A DNA stretch of 63,706 bases, counting the filler, from Klebsormidium nitens (lineage: Eukaryota > Plantae > Klebsormidiophyceae), in assembly GCA_000708835.1 (NCBI GenBank). It is 9 parts of 9 records of this genome, joined end to end, with 100 filler letters (N's around TTAATTAATTAA, not from the genome) between each part and the next. Parts side by side here need not be neighbours in the genome. Positions count along the whole stretch, not along the records: positions 1 to 18,902 come from DF237941.1; positions 19,003 to 24,218 come from DF238444.1; 7 more parts are not named here. The stretch is one strand, 5' to 3'. Made by a program: the position numbers and the translations under genes. Shown piece after piece: positions 11,791 through 24,009 of this stretch (within the stretch, counting starts at the first letter, position 1; every line of letters starts with the position of its first letter). The notes below the pieces were generated by a model that saw only the letters and a list, made by a program, of their open reading frames with translations, was not told where the DNA came from and did not search any database.

Positions 11791-13237
11791 AGTTGAACGC
11801 GAAGACGTCGTACAGTCAACTACATGACAGTACAGCATTTGCCGGGCAGCTGAGGCCCGGCTAGGACGATCCGAACAGCTCAGCTAGCTTGATAATGCCG
11901 GGCTCAGGCTTTCGGCCGCTTTTCGGCTTTGCAAAGTGATGTGGTCAACGCTACGAGAACTGCAGAAGGGTATATAACTGGTTGCTCAGATCGCGGCAGA
12001 CCGGATGCAACTAGTCCATAAATTACCGGGCAAAATCTCCACTCCAGCGCACAAGCAAGTTATGACCGGAAAGTTCGCCCCGGCCACCGCACGCTCGGAA
12101 CCCTAATTTTGCGGAACCCTAATCACGTCCTTGTCTGGTGTCGCATTTCAGACGCAGGCAGGCTTGGCCTGCTCTGCACCATGCAAAAGCGGCGATCTTC
12201 GCTGGCTGGCTGTAGTTCAAGTACCTGGTAGCCTGGAATCAATCGCCTGTACAAAATAGCCACTCAGACACACTGACAATCTGACAATCTGCACAAAGTA
12301 ATTCCAGATGACCAGATAGTCAGCCTCCATCCATACAATCAGTACACCGCGAAGTGCTTCAGCTAGCACCTGGTGACCAGATTGCAAAGGAGAACGCAAT
12401 CTCTAGGGCGCGCATGCCGATTTCTGTTATAAGATGGTAGCCCCGATCTCATGGACCATGATGATACGTACCTACTTGAATGATATACACGTCAGACGGT
12501 CGTCTGACAATCGTTTATCTAGTTTAGCATGCACGTACATGCGTGTTGCTGCCCGGGTCTCCGGCAGCTTTCAAGTACGCGCATGCCAGCGATCTTGTGA
12601 AACGACCAATTCTGCATATAGCTTTCCGCATGTTCTTTTGAATAATTCAGTTTTCAATTCAGAAGACAGTCGCGGCCTAGCCTGTCGAAGGCTCGGCATC
12701 TAGCTGCGCCAGGCAGCATGCAATGCACATGCTTTCATTCATGCAATATGAAGAGGATGAGTCTGCCGGACTCCGAGGCTCTACTCAAGCTGGGCAATGA
12801 TGTGCAAAATCAATTGCATGGGTACTCATGATGCAGCATGAGTGTCATTGAACATAAAATCCGACCAGCCTGCATTGATTCGAGAATATATATGATGTGT
12901 CGAGTTCTGACTATGACGAGCTCCAAACAACCATTGTATAACGCGCCTAAGATCTGAAACCGTTTATGTCATGCCAGCCGGTGCAATGGCTGCCGCCAAG
13001 TTCGACCATCGTCAGCCATTCAGTCAAGAAAAAACTCGCATGTTAGTATCTGCTTACGAGGCATCTTTCCGTGGCAAAGGACCCAGAGACCAATTTGAAT
13101 CGAGCTAGAAAATCTGCTATAATCATGCACTTGAATAGCAATCAATTTTGTCCGTCTATCTTACAGTGTCCCGGCTGCTTTCCATTTTCATACACATACT
13201 CACCACCGGGGACAGTACAAATTGGACGCAATCATCC

Positions 13238-16188
13238 TCAAGCGCACATTGGACACCGTATCAGCCCGTACTCATTGCACGCGAAGCACGTTTCTACTTT
13301 GTCCCCTACTATGATCTTCCGGCTGCCTCGACAGTCGACACACGGCAAAAACTTTCCACCCCCACAGCCCCCGCATTCCTCTGTGAACTTGATCCTGGGC
13401 ATGCCAACGAGAAGCTCGTGCATCTTTTTCTCGTCCGCGAGAAATCGCACCTCCTGCAACCACAGACGGATGTGTTCAATTGACAGCTCGTTAAAACCAA
13501 CGACAGAGGGTTTTCAGAATGAGGGGGAGATGGAAGTTCGGAAGTGACCAGGAATGGAGGCCTCGACTGGCGCTGCCAAATCGACACGCTTGACTGGGAA
13601 CGCGTTTGATAGACCGCGAAGAAACAGAAACCAAGACAACAATCTGCAATCACATTCTTTCCAGATTGCTAAATGCAACGAGCAAGGTATCGCAAGGAGA
13701 TGCCTGTCTTAATGTCTGCGTTCTCCTCAACTGAGAAGTTGCGACAGAACATCGAGCGAAATCCCATACATCCCCCAAAAAAACAGAAAACCCTTGCAAA
13801 TGCAACATCTGTGCGGATCATCCAGAAGCTCACCGAAAAACCCCTCAAGTATTGCCCTAGAATAAGACGCGTGCATCAGTGTCCAGCCACCTTCCGAATT
13901 ATGGGATAGCTCTTTGAATCGTCGGGTTCCAAATTCTCGGAGCATGGGTCCTGATCTTGTACCGTCCGATCGATGACAAGGATGGCATCGGACGGCTCAT
14001 GATCAGGAACTTGGCTCGAAAAAGTGGGAACCCGATGGCAAGTTCAACGCAGACAGCTGTCCCACCTCAATTCATAGATACCTTTGGAAAGGAGGTTTTC
14101 TGGCGCGATCAAACGAAATTTGCATTAAATAGGAGACGAAGGGAAAGCCCTCACTTGCAGCCCCCGATGTGCTTCCTCCGAATAAACAATTGCGGAACGA
14201 TGACGTGCCGGCCCTTTCAACAATTCCACAACATAAGTGCTTACTTTCGTCTCTTTTCAATGACAAGTCATTCCGAGGGTTTTCATGTGATATTGAAGGA
14301 ACACGAAGAGATTCACCTGGACTCCCCCAATGTGCTTTCCCCGGATGAACACTTGCGGAACGTTGACGAGGCGCCCCCCCATAAGGTCCCGCATCTCCTG
14401 GCGGTACGGCAGGTGGATGCTGATGTCACGCTCGTCCACGGCGATGCTGAAGCCGTGGAAGATCTGACGCACCGTCGCGCACTCCTCAAACGTTTTGCGC
14501 ACCTGTTCAGATAGTTCGTGACGATGGATGTTCTGGAAGCTGAGAGTACTGCAACGTTGGTATGGTGGTCGATCCACACGGCTGACGGCCTTACGCACAA
14601 TTGTGCAGTCCCCGAATTCTTACCGCACTTGTTAGGATGTACGATTTGATGTTTCAGTTTGAAACATTGAAGTATCTGCCGGTATTCGGCGGTGCACACA
14701 AGGGCTGGAGTCTAACGCAACTTTTGCGCAGTTCTTATATGTTCCGCGCTCCTGAGGTTGCAAGCAAAAGCTTCGACTGCAGGATCCGCGTCGTATTTCT
14801 GATGGCGTCTGAGTCATCCGAGTTTTGGAAAGGGCCCTATTGCATGTGCGTCGCAGGGCCTGAAGACAAGAAACAAAACGTTGGACGAACAAGTTCGGCA
14901 CACAAATCAAGTCGACAATCAAACGCTCGATCACAGCAGAGGTCGGAGCAGGGGACCAGAGATTGGAAACGAGCGGAGAGTCGCACGTTCAAGCAGGAAA
15001 TAAGGACCGAAAGATGGGAGCACGCCTTGTGACGAGACCAACGTCGACTGAATGGGAAAGGAAACTAGGCTGTGAGCAAGGCATGAATACTTCCTCTCGT
15101 GACTGCCCAGACGAGGAACACATTCGACTTATGCAGTCAAACGACACAAAGACAATGCAATCAAGAGAAAGCAGAACGAAAGGAACGAGGGAGAAAAAAA
15201 GCTAGCTTTGATTAAGAGAAATACGTGAACTAGGCAATGGCCCCGCATCTGTACTTGACGAGCAAAAGCGCAGGCCACTTACCGCTCGCACTGACGTCAT
15301 GTAGACCACAACCCTGTCCTCCCCCCCGGCCGGACCCCTGTATTCGGACCCCCCCGACACGGACACTTGCTCCAAACCAGTATCTCCGTTGACCGCCACC
15401 TTCTTTCCCTGATCTCCATTTGAGTGCCTTTCATCAGCGTCTTCCTTTCTCTCCTCTCCCTTTTCCCTTTCCGACTGGCCCCCGTTTTCATCCAAGTTAG
15501 CCACCATGGCATTGAGATCGCTCTCGCTCGGAATCGATTTTCGCCTCCGCACAATCTTACTCGCCTTAGGGGCCGCCTCCGCTGCTTCTGCCTCGCTTTT
15601 TTTTCTCGCCGTCGAAGCAGTCCCGACTTCTCTCCTCTCTCCTAGTGGATCTTCCTTACTTTTCACGTCTCTTCCTTCCTCTCCTCCTGCCCGACCAAAA
15701 TTATTTCCAAGCAACGCAGCCTCTTTCAATGCCGCCCACTCCCGCTTTGAATTGGGCGACTCTTCGTCCGATAAAACGGCCTTAACCGAGATTTTCTCCC
15801 CGTAACTACTTTCCCGGTGCCCATTCTGCCCCCGCCCCTGAACCCCATTCTCACCCTGCCTGTGGAGCCCATTCTTACCCTCCACAAGGGGTTCATTCTC
15901 GAGTTCTCCAGGTTTTCGCAGGCCCCTTTCCCCCCGAGCTTTGGCAGAATTAGACTGACCCGCGCGCTCCACCGCCTGGCTCTCAAACCAGCGCCGGAGC
16001 TCCTTCACACTGAGGGTGCTGGCCTTATCGGGGGATTGGAAGGCTGGGTGTGAACGCGCCCGGGCGGCCACGATCTGCTCAATGATGCGCCAGACTTCCT
16101 CGTCGTCTTCAGCACTCAGCTGCAGAAGGTACAACTCATCCATCATCACCTTTCGACATTGATCAATCTTTCTTCCCCTCCGAACCAT
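13238..16188 (-). CDS. Glutaredoxin-like protein with C-terminal Cys-rich Zn finger (plant GRX-like / GRXCR-type), spliced
   Basis: Exons 16188(or an acceptor near 16119)-15283, 14502-14317 and 13453-13238 join in phase with GT-AG ends. They give VVVYMTSVRA|VRKTFEEC...ERDIS...VPQVFIRGKHIGGVQ|EVRFL...CGGCGGGKFLPCVDCRGSRK...CFACNEYGLIRCPMCA. Confidence 0.9.
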
Positions 16189-16697
16189 TGAATTTCTCTG
16201 CTCAAAAACCTCGGTTGTTCCGGTCCAGCAGATCGATACATGGCATAAGGAGTGTGCATCAAAATAAGCACATCAGTGCAGGGCTGTTTCTTCTGTCGGC
16301 GCTAAACCTACATCATGTGTCAGCAGCTGAACGAAAGGTGTCCTCAGTATTCTCTTTCTATACCTACAAAACACATGTCCCAAGAAAATAGATCTAGAAA
16401 AGGGAACTTGAAAGTTGGGAACAATGAGTGTGGCGAAATTCGAATTCTTGGAAGAGCTGTGATGAGTTCCAAAACGAAGGGCTATTGGAACACCCAGAAG
16501 TACCTTTCATTCCCAAGATCTGATCTTCTCTAGTCTTCCAACACAGCAAGAAGAGAGTGACAGTAAGGGGAGTGTACATTTGAAGCAGACGGGTTGCGAT
16601 AGATATTTGACGGCAGTAAGCCCATCAGCTTCGCCGCGAAACCTTGGAAGGCAGCACACCAAAGAAAGAAGAAAGGAGGGTAAGAAGCGGTTCTGAC

Positions 16698-18010
16698 CTT
16701 CGAGTGACCACTGCCCCGCTTTCGCGCCTCCAGAATGGAAGCAATGTGCTCCCATAGATCATCTTCCTCATCGTCACTGACTTCAATGGTACTCGGGATC
16801 TGCACCGAAGGGGCCACTTTCTTCTCCTCCCGCCCATTTCCAGCCTGCACATACAAAGCATGTTTATCTTCCTTTTCAAAAGCACGTTGATCTTTCGAAA
16901 GCATTGGAAGGGGAAGAGCCTGGCAAAGTGACAGAACGAAGGAGGGAGAACGTGGACCCCCGAGCCGCGTAAGAAACCCCTCCTAGCTATAACTCCCTAG
17001 GATCGACGGTCTGGGCTCATTAGATTCACTGTTTCTGACCGTCAATCGAACGGGTTATTGTGGAAGGGGGTCCTACAGAGACCGCCAGGAGTCCCTGTTC
17101 GCCTTCTGTTCTGACACAAGACTTGCAAACAAAGGCCCCAGAAATCTGAAATACCGACTGCACATGATTCCATCGGTTCAAAGTTGACAGCCGGCTGCCA
17201 TCCTTGGATTTTGTGTGGCCTTCTCAGGCCCAGAATTGCCTCCAGCTTTGCAGGTCTACTCTGGCAGACCAATCGGGGTTTAAGCAGATCTCTAGCGATG
17301 TGACCTGAAGCAGGCAAAGGGCACCTCACATTGTGGACCACTTGGAAAAAGATTTCAATGCTAGGAATGTTCCAAAGCAGAAAAGCTCACAAGCAATTTG
17401 GCGTGTGCATCCTGTCAGCAGCACGGCGGGGGTTGCCAGAACTGATTTGAATATTCTTTTTGTCTTCAAGATGTATCAACTTCACCAGACCACACCACCA
17501 TTGCTACTTTCCTGAGTGTGGTTACTGGCATGGGTGCTCCTTCTCAAACCAAAAGCCTCCGGCACAGTTGACTAGCTGTCACAAACATGCCATGCTGCAT
17601 ACTTTCGCACACGTGCCCCATTCTTGGATCAAGCCACTGAGTTTTCTTTCCCTCCAAAACGCGGATGCAAACCCACTGGACTCCATACCAAGAGGTTCCA
17701 TAAAACATCTAACCAGGTCTTGACAAGAGCGCCTACATGAGCCTTGCTCCAAGCATGTTAGGCATTTGTCGGAGTGGACTGAGGCCTTTGAATAAAAAGT
17801 TATGGCGGCCTGGAAAGATGCTAAGAACGCCAAGTCCAAAAAGATCTGATCTTGCGATATACGGGAAACTTACATGCCGTCCTCCAAGCACCCATACCCC
17901 AGCAGCCAGAGCTAGTGCTGCAAACCCTAAAGCACTCATTGATACAGAGGTCATCTCCCAACCCCAGAAAAGCCGCTGCCTCATGTAGGGGTTGGTGCTC
18001 CTCATGAAAG
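16698..18010 (-). CDS. Probable further exons (hydrophobic exon 18010-17874; acidic exon 16919-16698), possibly the 5' part of the glutaredoxin-like gene
   Basis: Both pieces have canonical cag| acceptors and |gtaagt or |gtcaga donors. They encode a TM-like stretch (ALGFAALALAAGVWVLGG) and EVSDDEEDDLWEHIASILEARKR. Confidence 0.45.
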
Positions 18011-18733
18011 CTGTGACGCTCCAAATCTTCAGGCTAATCTTGCAAACACATCTCCTTGAGCTACCGATTAGCTAATCAGGAATCAAAATGAAGCTCAATC
18101 GAAGGCCATGTAGGAAGGCTCTTTCGGGGCGCGAGCGACTCAGTAATCTTCGAGTTTCGTTATCTCCAAGCTGTATTCTCAAGGGTCCTACACCACCATC
18201 TGGCATGCTTCGCCTTCTCCGTCCATCCTCCACCCACCTCCCACGTTTTTGCTCACATTTTTGGCGCACGTTGGAAACTGGCCGTTCTCCCAGGGCCAGC
18301 AGCAAGACTCAAGAGGGACGTGCACACAACCTTCCAAAGTCATTATCATCAATCTTTCATCTTCACCGTTGAGATTCTTTACGTCCAATCTGACGGCTTA
18401 GCGAGGTCCTAGCTGTCAAGGTTTCCGATTGTGGCCGCTTCTCTAGCCGCGCCTTCGCTGATGTTGCGTACGGTAGTACGTGGCCGCACGATTTTGCCGT
18501 ACGCGGCGCGCCTCGAATTTTGGCCGGTTCGACGGCTAGATTTTGGACCCCCGGGCGCTTCGTTGTGCAAACTTCAAAGCGGCCGGGGCTCCGCATTTGT
18601 CGGCCAAGGTCCGCGCTTTTCGGCAAGATAAATCGCAAGGAACGTCGGTCGGTACTGATCGACGCGTTTCGACCGGCGAAGACATGCTTCGTCTTCCCCT
18701 TAAATCTGTTTTGAAGGGGATATGCTTCGGGTT

Positions 18734-18800
18734 TGTCTGTTGGCCAATGATTTAAGCCCATGACCCGAAACTTGAAAGTAACTGGGTTCGAGCCCGCTGT
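18734..18800 (+). other. tRNA-like relic with Pol III A/B boxes (possible SINE head)
   Basis: TGGCCAATGATTTAAG (A-box-like, 18741) and GGTTCGAGCCC (B-box-like, 18785) at tRNA-like spacing; acceptor and T stems do not pair. Confidence 0.35.
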
Positions 18801-18902
18801 ACTCTCTAGGAAGCCACACCTACCTGCCAACCCCCACCATGGCGGAAATCAGCAACTAGGGTGGAGAGCAACGATACACCTGGCAGCCATGCTCATGCGC
18901 GT

Positions 18903-19002
18903 NNNNNNNNNNNNNNNNNNNNNNNNNNNNNNNNNNNNNNNNNNNNTTAATTAATTAANNNNNNNNNNNNNNNNNNNNNNNNNNNNNNNNNNNNNNNNNN
19001 NN
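18903..19002. other. Artificial assembly spacer (44 N + TTAATTAATTAA + 44 N); same block at about 24219, 32035, 35908, 54289, 57120, 60164 and 62346
   Basis: Identical 100-nt blocks containing a six-frame stop linker. Confidence 0.97.
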
Positions 19003-20557
19003 TCTGGTTTTTGAATTATATGAGCCAACCAATTCAATATGTAGTCGTTCACATTTGACTCCTTGTTCGCGAGGACCTCGTATATGTGTTGGAGTAATGG
19101 ATCTATGGCATCATGATCTACGGGTGAAAGCGGCTTACAAGCGAGCGGGAATCCATGAAAGAGGTTGTACTCGTCACTGGAGCACGGTAGCGCACCGCTC
19201 GACGGCTTGAAAACGATTCGTTGATGGGTCTTTCGACGAGAGGACTTGCACCACAGTTTTCCGAGATTCTCCACATTTTTCCCCATGGTCAGGTTGAAAG
19301 ATTCGCATCTATCGATGAATTCGTTTCGAGTGCGGTATATGCTTTTTGAAGGAGTTGCAGCTTCCTCTTAGTATTATAAACCGTTTCGATGAACATCGTC
19401 TTCGAGCTTCCATCTATGACACAGAAGTAATGATTCATTGTTTCAAAAGCAAGGCGTATGAGTTGATCAAAGTCCTTGCGAATCTGTTTTGGATCCGTAC
19501 ATTCATCCGCATGGAATCTTGCAATGATCCTAGCCGCTTTCTCAAACACAAAGAAATCAAACCGATGTTTTCTTGTGAGTAACTCGGGCCAATGGCAGAT
19601 ACCGAGGAACGATCTGGGAGTCTGAACACACTCGGATGAGAGGCAATGATACATCAAAAGGACTCCATCACTAATCACACTAAAGTTGTTGCTGACATGC
19701 TTCTTCTGATTGACGCACTTTCTGGATCCTGCCACTCTGAACTTCATGATGGCTTCCCCATTGCAAAACTTTGTACCAGTGTATCGGCTGGTGCGGTCGT
19801 TGCACTTCGACTGTAACAGGCCTTTTGTGTGTTGAACTATTGATGAAGTGCGTTCATTCTCTGACAAAAGGGTACCTTCTTTTTCCGTATGTAACCTGGT
19901 TGATATCGGCCTTGCGATTTTATCAGGAGGAGGTTCGCCTACACCGGCATTCAGAATGTCGATCAACCATGGTGGCACCGGTGCGAGCTCGATTTCCCAT
20001 GGTGCTGTAATCCATTCATATGAGTTGATTTCACCATTCCGTTCGAACGAACTAGGAGGTGCAAATATGATTCCATTGCCTCGATAGTCTATCGTCGTCT
20101 TCTTCCCATCGATCACCAATTTTGTAGTGTCCGTTTTCCTCTTCAATCCGGATGTCTCTGCGTCGAAGTAATAGTGCCATCCACCACTTTGCGACTCGGC
20201 CTTCCAAGTCATAGGCTCGCCATTTTGTTCGATTTTTGATAACCAAAGCTTCATGCCGTCCGCGATATCAGGATCCCCGTTTGCTTTTGAGAAATCCACA
20301 TCTACGACGACGATGCTGTTCAGACCTTCTCTTCCACAACAGAGAGCTATCGAATTTTTAGAGGCAACACCGCGAACCTCGTTTTCATGCTCTGCCCAAG
20401 TTGCTTCTGATACGATATCTGCATACTTTGAGCAACACCAGTTACGTGCCTTTTTAGTGCAACTGGTAGGGTCCCATCTCAATTCCAGAGTGAGAGGGAG
20501 CAGATGTAAACGCCGGTAGTCGTTGATAGCCGTGGTCAGATCTTTCGTTCGAGACAT
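19003..20557 (-). pseudogene. Virus/plasmid-type primase-helicase: Prim-Pol (AEP) domain + Zn finger + start of a D5/SF3-like helicase; one frameshift near 19375, cut by gap
   Basis: AEP motifs VVVDVD, SGGWHYYF, IDYRG..IFAPPS; Zn-finger-like RKCVNQKKHVSNN...YHCLSSEC. The second frame gives WCKSSRRKTHQRIVFKP...YNLFHGF...HIYEVLAN...YILNWLAHIIQKP, typical of the region preceding Walker A in D5/P4-family primases. No introns. Confidence 0.85.
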
Positions 20558-20659
20558 GGGTCGAGAGTATCACGTGTGCGGCGCCTTTGTTTTAGGCCTA
20601 AGGAAACTTTATTTGAAACGAAACGCGTTCGGTGAACATGCCCGCTGACAACAGAACCA

Positions 20660-20944
20660 TCAAGGGCATAAAGGACCAACCAACGCATGAACGTCATCGC
20701 TTGAGGTTGCGAGACGATTGCATGTAACACTCTTATCGATCAATTGTGCGTCTATTAACTTTATCATAGTACTTGCCCAGACGTTTTTACCTTGCTCAAA
20801 TCGATGGAGAGCCTTTCTCAAACATACAGCATCTTTGTTTGAGTCGTAGTATCGTTTCGACCACTTACGAAACAGCTCTGGATGCTCATTTCGATACTCG
20901 TGCTCGTACCGGCGCCTGCGTTCGATGGCGGATTCAGATGGCAT
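20660..20944 (-). CDS. Small basic ORF (94 aa) of viral/mobile-element type
   Basis: ATG at 20944: MPSESAIERRRRYEHEYRNEHPELFRKWSKRYYDSNKDAVCLRKALHRF...; co-oriented and about 100 nt upstream of the primase. Confidence 0.5.
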   Translation of the reverse strand: MPSESAIERRRRYEHEYRNEHPELFRKWSKRYYDSNKDAVCLRKALHRFEQGKNVWASTMIKLIDAQLIDKSVTCNRLATSSDDVHALVGPLCP

Positions 20945-20969
20945 TCTGCAGAGAGCCACTGTATTACAA

Positions 20970-21297
20970 TTGGCACTACATAAAGTTTTTTGCAATTTGG
21001 ACGAACGAACCGTACCACCTGTACCACCTCGAACGAGCAATTTCTACCGTTTTATTTTGTAGGTGACTGCGTTTTTCTATTACGCATTGGCACTACATAA
21101 AAGTATATATGTACCATCGTACCACATGTACCACCTCAAACGATGAAGTTCTACCGTTTCTTTTTTTAGTTTTTGGTTTTTGAGAGCACTTGGAATTCGA
21201 TGGTACGGTGGTACGGTGGTACGTGAAGACTTTATGCAGTGAGCTTTGCTAGTATATATATATATATATATATATAAGGTGGTACAAGGTGGTACAA
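20970..21297. repeat. Convergent GTACCAC(C) iteron-like array around a (TA)n tract
   Basis: Forward GTACCAY at 21012, 21021, 21111, 21119 and 21128. Reverse TGGTAC copies: three in 21201-21223, then at 21278 and 21288. (TA)n at 21253-21276. ttggcactacataaa is duplicated at 20970 and 21087. Confidence 0.85.
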
Positions 21298-21449
21298 AGA
21301 AAGGGTTCTTCCCTTCCACGTAAAACATCACACAAAAACATGATCATACCCCGAAAGCATCTGAAAAAACAAAGAGAGCGTTGGGATTGATTTTTTTAAC
21401 TCATTTGACGGCTCTATTTTACCTAAACTCGCTAAGCTCAGTCGATAAC

Positions 21450-24009
21450 TTACACATTAATTACAAGGAAACGGACGGCCTCCGTCCACAAGTCCGCTCT
21501 ACCGGCTATCAGGATCTTTGCGTCGTCGACCCGTGTGAGCTCCGAGTTTCGTCCGCTGATAAGATTAGCTAATATTACCATGAAGGCTTCTAGTCCGGAG
21601 TACCAGCCGAGCGTCCTAAATCTAACCAGGAATGAATTACAGCTTTCGACCGCAGAAGTATTGACCCAGCGCACCGCGTCGTAGTATGATCTGATACAAA
21701 AGACGGAAATAGGTTAGCCTAGCCTGGTAAATGCTCATAGCGATTGCGGTTGGCATGCAGAGTCAACGATAATAAGCGTTTGCGGGACAATGCAAAGCTG
21801 GTGCGCACGCTTGAGAGTCATTCGAACGTGTTGCTTTGGTGTTGGAAGGCTTACCGGGGTTGAAGGATGGTCCGCACTTGTGGGCCTCAGCTCCAGTGCG
21901 TTGGAAGTGGAACCTGAGACAAAACACGTTGACCGTTAGATTCGACCAGGCGCCTTTGTTATGAAGCGCCCTTTTTTCGGAGCCAGGTATACATCTTCAA
22001 AAAACAGGTTGGGGGGCCAGTGGGGGGCACCCTATGCAGTATGTCAAGGAGCGGCGGGTATATCAAATGCACTGGATTCACTGCGGCTCAATGGCAGAAG
22101 CTGCGGGGCCGAGTCGAAGCTCTTAACCAAATCCATGAAGGTCGAACGGTCTCAGTCTCACCTGTCGACCAGGAACCGGACGTCGGCAAAGAAAGCCGGT
22201 TCTCGTCTCATGCAGTACGACTGCAGCTTGCACGCATTGTCGTAGAAAATGTACCGGGGGAGGTTCCGTCGATCCAATCGAGTGTAGAGCACGGTGAAGG
22301 GGTCTCGAGGTGACTCGCCCCGGAGCATGGCGTGAAAGCCATAAATGACTCTATGGCTGCAGCAGAAGACGAACCCGCCCTTGGTGTGATTTTGCAATCG
22401 CTTTGCCGACTTCGATCCCCCTTTGGAGGCGACCTCCGCATCAAACTTGCCCACCGTGAGCCCGCTCCTACACCGGTGCTCTTCGCTGCCCTCGATCGAG
22501 CGGCCTAGTTCGTCCTCGAAGGGCTTATATTGGGGAAGGGAGCGCTTCTGTTCCCACCCCGGCAGAGGGTAGCAACCGAGCACGCGCTGCTCCTTGCAGA
22601 AGGAGTGCTCTAGGGGAAGGGCTCCGCATGATTCACCGTCCGGATTCAGACCCAGCCGCTCGTTCAAGAGCTCCGTCTCAGGTACGTTGAGCGGGTACAA
22701 CGCCGTAGAGGGCGCTGTCAAGCTCTCGACACCGGGGAGCAGGGCATTCGCTCTCATCTCCCAGAATTCGACGGCCTGCAGGCGATCTGCGGTCCGGGTC
22801 CACGGGCGCTCCACGAAGTCGCGTGCTGCCCAGACGCAGTAGTCGAGACCCTCGATAGCAGACAACGGCCAGCCAGCTCGTCCCACCCCGAGCCCGACCG
22901 CGCCTCGGCCGAAGAGGGTCAGCCGATAGAGATGGTGCAACGCTGGGGTGAAATACCTCGGGAAAACGAACCCGAAGTGGTCCAGCAAACGCCCCAGGAT
23001 GGGAGCGTGCTCAGCGAGAATCGCCTTATCTTCCAGGTTGGCAACTCCCCCCAAGAGTAGCTTCCGGACCACGGCCAGAGCCCGCTGATGCTGAATGAGG
23101 TTGCTGTCGTCCGAGACCGACTGCGGCGTGCCTAAGCCATAGAGTAGCTCCGCCCACTTTGCGGGGCATCGCGGTGGTCGTAGAGGGGAAGCTCGCGGGG
23201 CCTCTGTCTCGATCCCCGCTAGGAGCGCCAGCATGGCACGGTTCTTTGATCGAATCTGTGCAAACTGGTCGAGGAGAAGGCGGCGCCGCTCGTAGACTAG
23301 CACTCGGGGCCTCTTCGTCGACGGGGTTCGGCACGAACTCCGGGGCGACCTGCACATCCTCTCGGTCGAGTGCGGCCTGCCACAAGAAGATAAGGCGGCT
23401 AGAGACAGTGGTGTTCGAGATTTGCATCCATGCTGCTCTTTTTGCTGTGTCTGTCATCGCAGACCATAAGTCTAAAAGACCTAAATTTCAAGTCTTTTTA
23501 TTTTATATATTATTTGCTCTTTAATATCTGAAATAAGAAAGACTTAGAATCTGGGTCTTTTGGGCTGTTGGTCTGTGGCTTGATGACGTCAGCAATTTGC
23601 CCACAGAGATACTCGATTTAAAACTTGGACAGTTTGGGAGGGGTCTACGGAATTCAGTCACGCCGTGCACGCGATCCTACCAGCCTCGTTGGACTATAGC
23701 TTCAAGTCAGCTCACCAGCAATTCGTCGAACTCCACGTTGCTCAGCTTGGCTCCTAGATCAGGGTTGTCAGGATGATGCTGGCTGAAGCGCGCAATCAAT
23801 GCACGGAGCTCCGGTTGGTGCACCAAGCGCCGCTTTAAACCAGCCCCACCCAAGGCGGCAGCACAGAAATTCACCCCCGGCTCCATGAGCTTCACGACAT
23901 TCACCCCCTCGGCGTCTTGACTCGGTGCCGTAAATGGCCGCAATTGCGCAGCGCTGGATCCAGCAAGCCCTCCCTTCTGCCGCCCACCATCGGCAGAAGC
24001 CAGCCCCAT
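21450..24009 (-). mobile_element. KDZ (Kyakuja-Dileera-Zisupton) transposase gene, spliced, probably degenerate
   Basis: Core motifs HTKGGFVFCCSH.VIYGFHAML.GESPRDPF, IFYDNACKL..YC..REP.FF....FLVDR|FH...HKCGPSFNP|...VNTSAVESCNS. Introns 22161-21914 and 21854-21691 (GT-AG); upstream exon ends near 23713. Apparent 1-nt frame slips near 23300 and at the last splice. Confidence 0.85.

Noticed and set aside
18734-18810. Functional tRNA gene
   Set aside because: Acceptor and T stems cannot pair; only promoter-box-like motifs remain.
18903-19002. Recurrent TTAATTAATTAA motif between N runs as a biological repeat
   Set aside because: Identical 100-nt blocks with stops in all frames are an assembly/concatenation linker.
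19360-19390. Programmed ribosomal frameshift in the primase (also considered for F-box 3665 and Gag 63125)
   Set aside because: No slippery heptamer or downstream structure seen; mutation or sequencing error is simpler.
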